A stretch of 64,000 nucleotides of DNA from Ramazzottius varieornatus (taxonomy: Eukaryota; Animalia; Tardigrada), in NCBI GenBank assembly GCA_001949185.1, contig BDGG01000004.1, positions 3,045,267 through 3,109,266 on the forward strand, read 5' to 3'. Position 1 is the first letter of the stretch; the number at the start of each line of letters is the position of its first letter. The notes under the pieces are model-generated. The model was not told the origin of the DNA. It worked only from the letters and a program-made list of their open reading frames with translations, and did not search any database. Of the stretch, positions 1 through 10,574 are shown piece by piece. A program made the translations under genes and the position numbers.

Positions 1-249
1 GATTCGGAAAATTACCACGTCAAATTATTAAGTAATCGCCTCTTACGTGTCCGTTGACGGAAAAGCAAGCTGTTTTGACAGCAAAGTACGTCGTCTAGAT
101 GCTGTAATTATTTTCCCGCATTCTCACCGTCAGCTAATGTCACTAAGGACCATATTACGCACTTGATCGTTCGCCGATTACACCATCACAGATTATACAG
201 TCGACCACATGAAAATTGTTTTACCATGCCGATCCTGAAAAGATTCCAG

Positions 250-1678
250 ATGACAAGAACGGTGGCCTACGGGAAGCGGAAAGCCAGCTGGGAGAAATGC
301 CTCCGATACACGCTATGCTCCATAAACGTCGTTACAATGGTAAGAACTTACTGGCGTACCAATATTCATTCGATATTTTGGATTCGGTGCCAAACACCAG
401 TGGTGGCGGGCTGTTATAAGTGGCTTGGTTTTTAGCTGGGAGGACTCGCCTTGATTGCGGTGGGAGCATGGGTAATTGTGGACAAATTTTCGCTGGAGAG
501 CCTTGTTGGGACGAACCTGTATAACAGTGCCGGTAGGGTCTCCAGTTCAAGTCCTACAGTATTGTTTTGGCGCAGTTATTATTCTTCCGGTCATGTGCCG
601 TGATGATTTTTCTTCTCGTTTCGACTGATAGCTTGGATACTCATCGGAACAGGATGCGCGACAGTGGCCTTATCCCTTTTCGGATGTTTTGGGGCGATGA
701 GAGGCATCAGATGCATGTTAATGACGGTAAGGATGGACCAGATAAATTGTTTTGCCCTTGGCACCGTTATTCTGTTGTCCAACAAAAAAAATTTGCAGGC
801 TTTGTTCGTTTACAGTATTTCACTATCCTGTTCTGCATTTTCGTAATACTGCTTTTGGGCGGTATACTGGGATTCGTCCTCCGAAGTCAGCTTGACGAAT
901 CTATGCGACAAACGATGCACGACACCATGATAAGAGACTACGGTTTCGTCGATACTGTCAACGACGCATGGGATGCGATGCAGCAAGGGGTACTTCCGCC
1001 TTGTGAATTCACCATCAACCCGCTCCTATCGGTCTGGCTGTCTGATAAATTGACTTGACTGAAATTGTGTTTTCGTTTAGTTCGGATGCTGCGCTGTTGA
1101 CGATGGCTACAACCTGACGAACTACATCCACAGGTACGGGCAACTTCCGGGTATTGTAGGCGTTACTGTACCCATCTTCGGTTCTTTGTTCAAATAGCCG
1201 CTGGTACGAGAAGCAGGAAAGTCCTCGCCCATTGGTGCCAGAAACGTGTTGTCGAACCGTGGATATAGACGGACATTTGAGCTATGTTAACCTAACGGAA
1301 TGTCAAGGACGATATTTACCGAAGAACCCACAATACTATTGGCCAAACCCCGACTATGTTTACACTGAGGTGTGTTTCGAACTCATTTCTCTGTGAATAT
1401 TCCGAGTCTGTAATTTCCAAGGGTACTTTTTCTGTGTTTGTTGCAGCCGTGTTTAATGAAGGGCAAGGCCGGAGTGAAGGAACATGCCGTCATCCTGGGA
1501 TCCGTGGGAGTCTCAATCGCTTGCTCACTGGTAGGTCGAGAGAACTATTTGCCTTCTCCATTTAATGGTTTCGTCTGTTTGAAGGTATAGTTCAGACCAA
1601 TCTTCTTGACTTAGAGGTTGTATTTTGCAGATAGCAGGAATGATCTTCTCGATGTGCCTGTTCAAGGAAATAGCGTAA
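250..1678 (+). CDS. Tetraspanin (8 coding exons)
   Basis: Spliced reading: MTRTVAYGKRKASWEKCLRYTLCSINVVTM | LGGLALIAVGAW...NLYNSA | AWILIGTG...LFGCFGAMRGIRCMLMT | YFTILFCIF...AWDAMQQG | FGCCAV... | ...VPETCC...ECQ... | PCLMK...ILGSVGVSIACSL | IAGMIFSMCLFKEIA*. It has four TM segments, the GCFGA motif and a Cys-rich large extracellular loop with PxxCC, with GT-AG boundaries throughout. Confidence 0.92.
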
Positions 1679-2449
1679 GCACATGTGTGACGAAACTGTG
1701 GTACTCCACCTTTGCTGATTCGCCGTTCTTTGCGCAAACCCCGGAACTGTATCATGTAACGCTGACGGTTTCTTTTGCAGTCGGACATGAATTTGATGAC
1801 ATGAGTTTGATGACGCATTCGCAGATGAATGGCGTCGGCCAACTGCTTGAAAGTTCCACACTTGTCAGGACCTTGACATTCCAGTAGATCTCTTACCGAA
1901 CGAGAAGTCTTCGATTCTGGAGCTTTTGCAGCCGAGCATTGTGATACTTGAATTCATCTTTTGTTATTTTGTTGTTGGATTCTGCTGACCAAAACAGTCT
2001 TCTCATGTGCTCATCGATATATAAGTACCTGCGGAAGAGTTTGTAAAAATTGGTGCTAAGGTTAACTGCACCTAATCCATAAAGAATACAGTGGCCGCAG
2101 CGATCTCCATTTTGACGGATGGCAGATAATAAAGTGCCCCGCATCTTCGGCCAAGAGAGTCAAAATTTGACTTCGCCATCTTGAACACATGGGACACGGT
2201 AACAAGAACAAGTACTGTAACCAAGAAGCAAATGTGCCGATTAGCGGGATTGTAGTCCGAACGAAAGGCCCAGAAAATCCCAGAGTATTTTGTACTGCGA
2301 GCTGTCCAGAAGCCGTGAACAAATGTTCCACGGGTATCTTTCAGAGTACTGTCTAGTGTCTAGCCTAAAGCGTCATTCGTTGGTCGCGAGACCGTAAAAA
2401 AGAGAACCACATCATTTCGGAGCCGGAAGCCTGGAATGGATCCTTGGTG

Positions 2450-2762
2450 TGGTCAGTTCACGATCTTTGACCAAAGACAGTGGGTAGGTCCTCTCGCCTT
2501 CGGGACCGATTTCCGAATCCCAAGTCCGAACAATACCTCGAGGGTATTAGGGCCACCTGGCAGGTCACCCCTGGAAATGAAGGGTGCGTTATGACCCGAA
2601 ACGCATCAAGTTAGATCTGGAAGTTTGGAACACATGTGAGCGGTATAGTACTAATCCACCTGGGGTTGAATGTCGCTCCCCTGATATGACCATTCGATAG
2701 ATCTCTAGTTCTATCGATCTCCCCACTTAAGGGGGCGAAAGTTTCCCCGGGGGGTCATATTG
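2450..2762. other. Densely base-paired segment (candidate structured ncRNA or 5'UTR element) upstream of U1-70K
   Basis: Consecutive stems: 2450-2473, 2487-2507, 2532-2548, 2566-2586 and 2585-2605. A 10-bp stem (2682-2691/2753-2762) encloses an 8-bp hairpin (2694-2717) and a GAAA-tetraloop stem. No known RNA family recognised. Confidence 0.4.
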
Positions 2763-2963
2763 TACCATGTGAGCGCTTATGTCGGAGTGGAGCTTAAATG
2801 TCTAGCTTGTCTCCTCGCCTCCATCTCCATCCTCACGCCAACAAACCAGTCTGGATGAGGAGCTGATATTCCAAGCATTCGACACTACATTGATAGGAAC
2901 CGGATATTCCAGCAAAGAAGCTCGGATCGTCGTACTGAGAGTAACGGCTGGACTTGATCCAAG

Positions 2964-5649
2964 ATGACGGCTTGTCTACCACCTAACCTCTTGGCCCTCT
3001 TTGCGCCGAGGGATCCGATCCCATATCTTCCTCCAGTTGACAAAACAACTGCGGAAAAGAAAAGAGCTGGATACGCCGGCGTTGGGTCTCTGCTTTCGTT
3101 GTTCGAGGTAACAGAATGCGATGCGTGTTAGTTGAAATCGCTGTAAAACTACCACGCTTTCTTCACCACTGATTCTTGCAATGTTCATTTTCAGAACTCC
3201 CAGGAGTCGATGGCCACAGTCCGCCTGGAATCGCGAGATGAAAGACGTGAGAGAAAGGTGTGGACTTTGAGAGCGTGGAGTTACTATGCACTGGTGGTCG
3301 AATTTCGATCAATGCTGCACACCGCATACCATGGTTGTTTACGTGCCATGTCCCCTAACCCTTTTGTTCTTCGTTGTCAGAAACGCGAAAGGGAAGAAAT
3401 GATGACTTATAAGCTGGAACAAGAGCTCGCGCGATGTAAGTCCCTGACTTGCAACATAATGCCAAAAATTGTGGGTCTGTAAGTTATAACACATATACGA
3501 TGTGGACTGTTATTCTGGACATTACAGGGGATCCTCACGACAACGGCGAAGCCACCGCAGACCCTTTCAAAACTCTCTTCGTATCCCGATTGGTATGGCA
3601 TTCCTATCTGTTTGGCGCTGTGCCTCTACAGTTTTCTTGATTTGTGTGAATCATTCAGAATTTCGAAACGTCGGAGAACAAAATTCGAAGGGAGTTCGAG
3701 CAGTATGGACCAGTTGTTTCGGTAAGTGACTGAGATCTTTCTGTTCCCACAAGTCATGGAGCCATCCTAGTTTTTTCCCAATGTATGGTGACAGTATCAT
3801 ATGTTGGAGTAAAGGCCAGGAAGATAATCAGTTTTGTCCTCGTTTATGCAATGTCGGAGAGTCTTTGATGTTGTCTCTGAGATGAAACTACAATCTGTGT
3901 GTTGCAGGTCAAGCTGGTGAAGGATAAGAAGACTGAGAAATCGAAGGGGTATGCATTCATTGAATTCGAACGAGAGGAAGATATGCGAAGTAAGTATTTG
4001 CTCACAACACCCATCCTTCTTGAAATGCGGTCGTGGCTGATGCATTAAGCAGCGGCCGGAAGTCATCGGCGCATGAGCCGATGCGCGGCTTCTGAAGGTG
4101 TGGTATAAAATTGGGTTTATCATTTTTCTCTGGAGCTGGCTCTTTCGATAGCTTCCGAAAGAGCTCTTCCGCTTCAAACTTGAGATAATAAATGGAGGGA
4201 AGTGCGGGTAGGCATGTTATAGGACATTGTTGACAATCAATTCTGTTGGCCAACAGTGTACGTACTTTGCATAGTAGACCTCTTCTGAGACATGCGACTC
4301 CCGAAGCTTGTAACTTCCTGTAGCCAAAATACTTTTCTCAACCCAAATTAAACTGGTATTTTGGTGTTTTACTCGCGAAGGACTGAAAATTTGAAATGAC
4401 TAGCGAGGTAGGCGCTTTAGTCCAGGCAGGTTCTCTGCTGGTTAAGTATAAAGATGGATCATGTTTAAAGTTGCCAGTCTTCTCACTGTCCCGGCTAATT
4501 ATGCGTAAGTAAACAAGCGCAGGTAAGCCGGGTAAGTAGCTTGTATCTTTATCGAGAACGCTTTTCTTGAGTGGTCTGGTTTTTGAACTTCAGACAGAGA
4601 CCCAAACGAACCGAAAGACCGAAGAGAACAGGGATGGCGACCTAGCTAAAATCTTTGTGTATGTATCGCGGATACCGAGGACGGGGCAATGGCACTGTTC
4701 CCTGACTAATTCTTCTTTCTTTGCAGGCGCTTTCAAGTATGCTGATGGTAAGCGCATCGACGGCCGTAAAATAATCGTCGACGTGGAACGTGGGCGAACC
4801 ATCAAGGACTGGAAACCTCGAAGGCTAGGTATGGATGTCCACGTTTGGGGGGCTACAAACGGAACGTACCAGATTGTCATCTCAAGTGGCGCACTTTTTC
4901 ATTCTAATTGGCTGGAAGCATGAGCCACTTGAAAAAATGATCTTGTACATTTCGTTTGCCGGCCTCCCATTTTACCATTCGTTCGTTCGTTCGTTCGCCA
5001 TTCACTCATCCTAAGTTTGAACCGATCTGTCTTACGCTTTTGAACTGGACGCACTGGTGCATCTACAACGCTGTACTTCCGTTGACAGGTGGAGGTCGAG
5101 GTGGACGAAAGACGGGAGCAACGGATCCAGACAAACCACCTGTTTCTTCTCGCGATGGAGAGAACGACCGGCCTCCTGGAGGTGGTCCCATGAGATATGA
5201 TCGGGACCGAGATCGTAATGGCCGCGAAAGCAGCCGAAACCGAAGCGGACCATACGATCGACCTCCCATGAACCGCGGGCCACCGAATGATCGCCCTCCT
5301 TATGGCGATCGACCTGGCTATGGAGGCGGAGATCGTCCCGGATATGGTGGTAGTGGTGGTGGTGGAGATCGGAATGGGTTCCAGGACCGTGGACCTCGCG
5401 AACGGGGTGGTTTTAATGGACGGGACAGGTCCGAGGCTCCACGAGATGATCGCTTTAGGGATCGGTCAGTATTTCTCTTCGTCGCATTGTGAAATCCGAA
5501 TACAGTTATATGATTATAGGGGTGGGGATGACCGAGGTCGAGATCGCGATATGAGGGATCGTGGTGACAGAAACGGAGACAGGAATGGGGGACGAGACAG
5601 ACGGGATAACTTTAATGACAGGGATCGCGATCGTGGTCGCCGTTATTAG
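2964..5649 (+). CDS. SNRNP70: U1 small nuclear ribonucleoprotein 70 kDa (9 coding exons)
   Basis: N-terminus [24 protein letters not shown]; [22 protein letters not shown]; RRM RNP1 [10 protein letters not shown]; [37 protein letters not shown]; RD/RG-rich C-terminal tail ending at TAG 5647-5649. Confidence 0.97.
4261..4540 (+). promoter_or_regulatory. Putative poison-exon / cryptic 5' splice-site cluster in U1-70K intron 3990-4726
   Basis: Cryptic acceptors TTTGCATAG (4274) and CTTCCTGTAG (4323) each lead to an in-frame TGA. Donor-like GAG|GTAGGC (4408), TGC|GTAAGT (4505), CAG|GTAAGC (4523) and CGG|GTAAGT (4532) follow. Confidence 0.6.
4846..4969. mobile_element. ~124-bp foldback MITE-like element (family A), in U1-70K intron
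   Basis: Long imperfect inverted repeat TGGGGGGCTACAAAC...CAAGTGGCGCAC-loop-GAGCCACTTG...GTTTGCCGGCCTCCCA, homologous to 8 other copies in the window. Confidence 0.8.
4978..4997. repeat. (TTCG)5 microsatellite
   Basis: ttcgttcgttcgttcgttcg immediately after the family-A element. Confidence 0.85.
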
Positions 5650-6260
5650 AGCAGCCGCCGCCGCTTCGGAGTGGATCGTTTTAGTTAAAATGTGAGACGC
5701 TTAACCACATTTACTTCGAAACGTTTTTTTTGTTCAGGACAGACGACCCAGGGCGAGCGTGTCGATACGCCGTATAATGTTTTTTGTTCTGTGGCGTTCT
5801 TTTACTGCATCCTTTGTCTCTCCTCTTTAGTGGCTTTTCTTACAGCTTTTCTTCCGCGCATTGCACTACTTACTACTCTACTATATTTATCCTGCTCCGG
5901 AACATACATTCTATGAAGTTCCTCGTTCCCTCCGTATTCCGCTTCACTGTAACGCTATCGGATCTGGCAGGAGAGAACTAATGGCATGTGCATCCTGGAG
6001 ATGAGTGACTGGAGTATGGCCGTGCTGTACTGAGTACAGTTTCTGGGAAGTTGCAAAACTCAACAGCGTTTGCTTGCATTCATATCGGAGTTTACTGAAG
6101 GATTCTGCTTTCCGTGGGTAAACGCACAGTGAACGAAGCATCGTCAGACACCGCGTTGACTCGTACAGGCATCCAGACAGGAATTTAGTCTTCGACAACC
6201 ACAGCCATCTGTTTCTACATCAGTAAAACTTGAAACTTGTTCAGAGAATTCCCCTCAAGT

Positions 6261-6825
6261 TCACTTCTTGGTCTTCGTTGCTTCTTTTATACCGACATCC
6301 TTGACTTGGACACCTGTAGATATCAAACGCAACTACTAGCCACGGCCCAACACGGTGATAATCAAGAATCAAGATGCACAGTTCACACGTTCAAAAGCAT
6401 CATGGTATGCCAGTCGACACGTACCTGGAGGAAGAGATCCTTTCAGTTTATCGGCCTTCTCTTTGTCATCAAGCTTCAGGGTATACAGGAATCGACTACA
6501 TCGTATCTTGAACTTGAAGCTATTCCTGTTCTTCTTTATCTTGACAACTGAAATCGTATGGACAAAATGAGTATGGATATGAATATGGACACCGTTCGAA
6601 CCCAAAACGAAGCCTGAATCAACTTACCTTTAGCGTCAGCCCTCCTGGCGAGCAGGAGAAACTCCTTGATGTCCTTCACTTCCTTAGGCTGAAGGAAAAC
6701 AACGAATTAGACTACGATATTACACTTCCGGTGGGCCATCAAGAGCATAGTGGCGGAAGTTCCAGAGTGCCGATTAACACCCCAAACACTGTCGTACTCC
6801 CCCGCAATTCGACAGAACTCACCAT
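6261..6825 (-). CDS. RPL38: 60S ribosomal protein L38 (eL38), 4 coding exons
   Basis: ATG-only first coding exon (6825-6823, then GTGAG); [20 protein letters not shown] | [41 protein letters not shown] | [17 protein letters not shown]. Confidence 0.96.
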
Positions 6826-7322
6826 TTTGATAGTCCAGCAAAATAATTCAACTCAGTGTGTATGCAGATTCCAACCAGGCTATCTAGAACAAGATCAAGA
6901 AGAAACAAGCTGGAGACTGGAGACCTGGGATCGCAAGAAGACTCAGAATCCGTAAAGGATGGAAAATTGGAAATGCGAAGCCGACAGACCGCAGAGCGAT
7001 ATCAATCAGTCAATCAACGCTAAAAAACGCAGAAAGCCTCGCATTGAGTTCAGGCACCGCCCCGCAGTTGACCGATTGGTCTGATGCCGATTATATTCGC
7101 AAACTCGAGAACGAAACTACTCAAACGAGAAAATGAAAAGCAGTTACAGTAATTTAATTTCGTTTCCGCCGTGGATCTTCTCATTCCTTTCATGCTGTGG
7201 ACAAGCGTCCTGCCCGCTGTACGGTCAGAGAGATGGTGGAATTTTTGTTGACGGATTAGCATCGGTTATGAGGACATAGGGCGGTGGGGAAGAGAGAGGC
7301 GCAGAGGAAGACCAGCTGGTGA

Positions 7323-7346
7323 CGTGGAACCGTGGAACCGTGGAAC
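7323..7346. repeat. Tandem 8-mer (CGTGGAAC)x3 in RPL38/GOT1 divergent promoter or 5'UTR region
   Basis: cgtggaaccgtggaaccgtggaac seen directly. Confidence 0.7.
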
Positions 7347-7459
7347 GTAATACGCCATACTCTCTTGACTAGCTTTGGATCTGTCGTCGTTGTTGCTGAT
7401 TCCGGATCTCCTCTGTGACACAGACTCGGTGGAGACATTGGAGGTGTTCTTCCGACACC

Positions 7460-8200
7460 ATGATCCAAGTTACTGACTTTCAAAGTGAGTCGTTGCTGAT
7501 AACACTGTTGCGTCTGAAATAGTATAGCGCCCTGGAATTTTTATGTTTTTCAGAGATCGGTATCGGACTGTCAGGATTCGGTGTTACCTTCCTCTTCCTT
7601 GGAATAATTCTCTTCTTCGACAAAGGGCTACTCGCCATTGGGAATGTGTGTATTTGCCAAGATGGTCTTCAGCATATTAAGTGGCTCGTACCTGATGTGA
7701 AATTATGAATGCTGGTGTTTCCTAATTTTGCACATTTGTCTATAGATTTTGTTCATTGTTGGATTGACCATCGTCATCGGACTTCAACGGACAGTGCGAT
7801 TCTTTTTTCAAGTTCAGAAGATTAAGGGAACAACAGCATTCCTTGGGGGTATACTGGTTGTTCTCTTCGGCTGGCCGTTTGTCGGAATGGTCATCGAGCT
7901 TTACGGATTTGTCTCCCTCTTCAGGTATGCCTTTTAGTTCTCGACAACAAATGTACCGAATGGAAATGAACCAACCGATGTAAACTCGGATCGGGGCGTA
8001 CTATGTTGCTTTATGCTTCTTAGTGGATTTTTCCCCGTTGCGTTAAGCTTCATAAGGAGGCTGCCGGTTATCGGAACGGTTCTCAACATGCCAGGAATAA
8101 GCAGAGTAAGAAAAGATCTCATTATTTGTCGATAATTGTGAAACTGTAAAACCTGTCATTACAGCTGCTCGATGGTTATGATAAGAGGGTCGATATGTAG
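7460..8200 (+). CDS. GOLT1B: Vesicle transport protein GOT1 (Got1/Sft2 family), 5 coding exons
   Basis: MIQVTDFQK | [30 protein letters not shown] | [22 protein letters not shown]...[18 protein letters not shown] | [18 protein letters not shown]... | [11 protein letters not shown], matching the GOT1 signature. Confidence 0.95.
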
Positions 8201-9100
8201 GTGGTATCCAGGTACGCGGATGATTCAAGAACCGCTGTCTGAAAGACCGAGGAATACCTGCGAACTCTGATGCACATCTGCTCATCGATTGGCTATGGGT
8301 GTCTCACAGGAGCACTGTTACAACTTACAAGCCCTCAGTCACTTTCCTGTTTTTATATCTATTCTAGAAGCTGGTATCGAGGTATCTGAATACGATTTTC
8401 GGGTAGTCCTGTTTACTGTTTACTTGTAAGCCTGTGATGGATCTCTGCGTTTCTGGGGCTCAGACGTCTAGACACCCTTTAATTGAGTTTGTTTCTGTGA
8501 GAGATTTTTATATGGTCAGACTACGAATGCTTAAGTTGAACTGCTTCCCAGGGTGTGGACCGATGTAGCAGCTTGACATTACTCCCAAAGAATAATTACA
8601 CCCGTCCACTTCCTTGTTCGCAAAATCCCACGCAGACTTGGCTTCGTATTTTGCTCTCGGGTGCATCTGTCAACGGTGAACTATCGCCTGAATTCCCTTC
8701 TAGTTGTTATCTCGTCAATGCTTAATGGTGCAGGATCTGTCAACATGTTCGATGCGGGTAACGAAGAACTTGGTCGGGAGACCAAAGGTCGGGCGAATTT
8801 GACTGCTTCGATCGGACAGGACGTTGTTATGCTGTCGTCATGTCAGTGTCAAGCGCCATCATACTGGGCTTTGGAGCTCCCAAATCAAAAATTCAAAATC
8901 AATCAACTCGCAAGTGGGGATTTTTAGCGGAAAATAGCAAAGGCAAAGGTGCCAAAAGCTGAAAGGCTCACTCGAATTTCAAATCTCTTGCAGGCTGCAG
9001 CCGTGTGAAAATTTAATCGCGATGCAGAACTCCGTCGTCGTTATCGTGAATCCCTCCTTGGTTTTGGTTGGACCATCGCATTGTGAGAACGTTTGCTACC

Positions 9101-10418
9101 ATGACACAGCGAGGAAAAGGCGCTGCTCCCAAGTTCTGCTCCGTTGACTGCTTTACGAGAAACGTGCAACAGGTTGAGCGCTTACTGGAGAGCGTTATCG
9201 TGCGAGGGAAGAGTGAGTCTGTGATTCTCTGCGGACCACCAGGATGTGGAAAGACGGCGATCATCGAAGGAGCATTATCGACGTACGTGGCGGACAAGAC
9301 ATTCAGCAAGACGTTCCAGTGCGTATACCTGGACGGAGCAGTCGAAGGCGACATCAAAAGTTCGGTTGAAAGTATCCTCCGCCAAACCTCACCGGAAGTC
9401 ATCATTCGTCCCAAGGGTGGCATCGCTGGTTCGCTGTCCGACAAACTGAAGGAGATGTGCGATATTCTGAAGCATCTGTCAACGGAGAAAAAAACTCGGA
9501 AAGGCTTTATCTTCGTCATTGACTGTCTGGAAGGCTTCATCGAAGAAGACAACCAGTTGCTGCTGTACACGCTGTTTGAATCATCGCGTGAGAACGATAT
9601 TCCCGTTTGTGTGATTGGTGTCTCGCGGATTCTGGACGTTCTGGAGAAGATGGAGAAGCGCGTTAAGTCACGGTTCTCGCAAAGAGTCATTTGTGTTTCG
9701 GCTGATCTCTTTGGTTCCTTTGCGGAATTCAGACAGGCATTCGCGTTTGTCTTGCGGAAGCGTCTACCAACTTTGTCGACTTCACGTAAGCAAGTACTAT
9801 CGGGCTCATGACCTAACTAATACTTACTTTTCTCTGGTAGAGGTACAGCAGTTTTCGAAGATCGAAAACGTCGAGCAGACTCTCAAGAACCTTCACTCGT
9901 ACCGAAGGGACTGGAACACGTTATATCGATTCGTAGAGCTAACCGCTGCATGTACCGGAAGTCAGTTAACTTCCGCCAACTTCGACGACGTTACACAGCG
10001 AGCTTTCATCCTCATGTTCCCGGACGCGGTAAAATCAGCAGTCTCAGACTTGCCATACCTGCAACTAGCCCTCCTCTTCTGTTGTGTCATGTTCGTCAAA
10101 GTCCAGCAAGAGAGCGCCTTCAACTACAATATGATCCGTGAGGTGTACATGACGTCGGTACGGCAGAAGAAGTCCAACTCCTTTAAGTTCAGCGACTCAA
10201 TGGTGGTGGAGGCCTTCCACGATCTGGAAAGCTGTGGAGTACTACGGACAGTATCAAAGGGAGGAGAAAATATCGGTCCCCGAGAATACAAGCTTCTAAC
10301 GCTGACCATCTCGGAACTCCAGATAGTCGAACTGGCCGGAAGCAAAGAGTTCCTCAACGGCCTACCGACGGACTTGCAGCTATTGGCAACAGAATGCAGA
10401 CAAACCTGCTTACTATGA
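9101..10418 (+). CDS. ORC4: Origin recognition complex subunit 4 (AAA+), one 55-nt intron 9786-9840
   Basis: Walker A GPPGCGKT; QLLLYTLFE; signature LEKMEKRVKSRFSQR; C-terminal winged-helix-like region. A phase-1 GT-AG intron with a CTAAC branch point joins ORFs 9068-9811 and 9615-10418. Confidence 0.92.
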
Positions 10419-10574
10419 GGTATCTTTCTCATAGACATCCTTTAATGTTACGTAGTACTTCAGAGTCAAATCGAGCCGTACGCTTGTCAGCGGAAACAAG
10501 GTTAAAAAGTGATCGAAGTCAGAGATACAAATTTGGTTCAATGGAAGTTTGATTTGAGTTTGGAGACTAGGGTT

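Noticed and set aside
1525-2331. Minus-strand ORFs between the tetraspanin and U1-70K
   Set aside because: No recognisable motifs or coherent exon chain; they overlap the tetraspanin 3' end and UTR.
2600-2880. Assignment of the structured segment as RNase P, RNase MRP, U1 or group I intron RNA
   Set aside because: Only fragments of the conserved regions match; spacing and invariant nucleotides (CR-I/CR-V, U1 5' end ACUUACC, Sm site, P7) do not fit.
4867-4947. TA dinucleotides flanking the inner 77 bp of family-A elements as a mariner TSD
   Set aside because: The inverted repeat and inter-copy homology extend ~23 bp beyond the TA on both sides, so the TA is internal.
6315-6424. C/D snoRNA in the RPL38 last intron
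   Set aside because: Only a partial C box (ATGATG); no CTGA D box or terminal stem.
9013-9690. Long antisense ORFs (also 30600-31178, 13505-14002 alternative frame, 52270-52821)
   Set aside because: Shadows of genuine coding exons on the opposite strand or frame.
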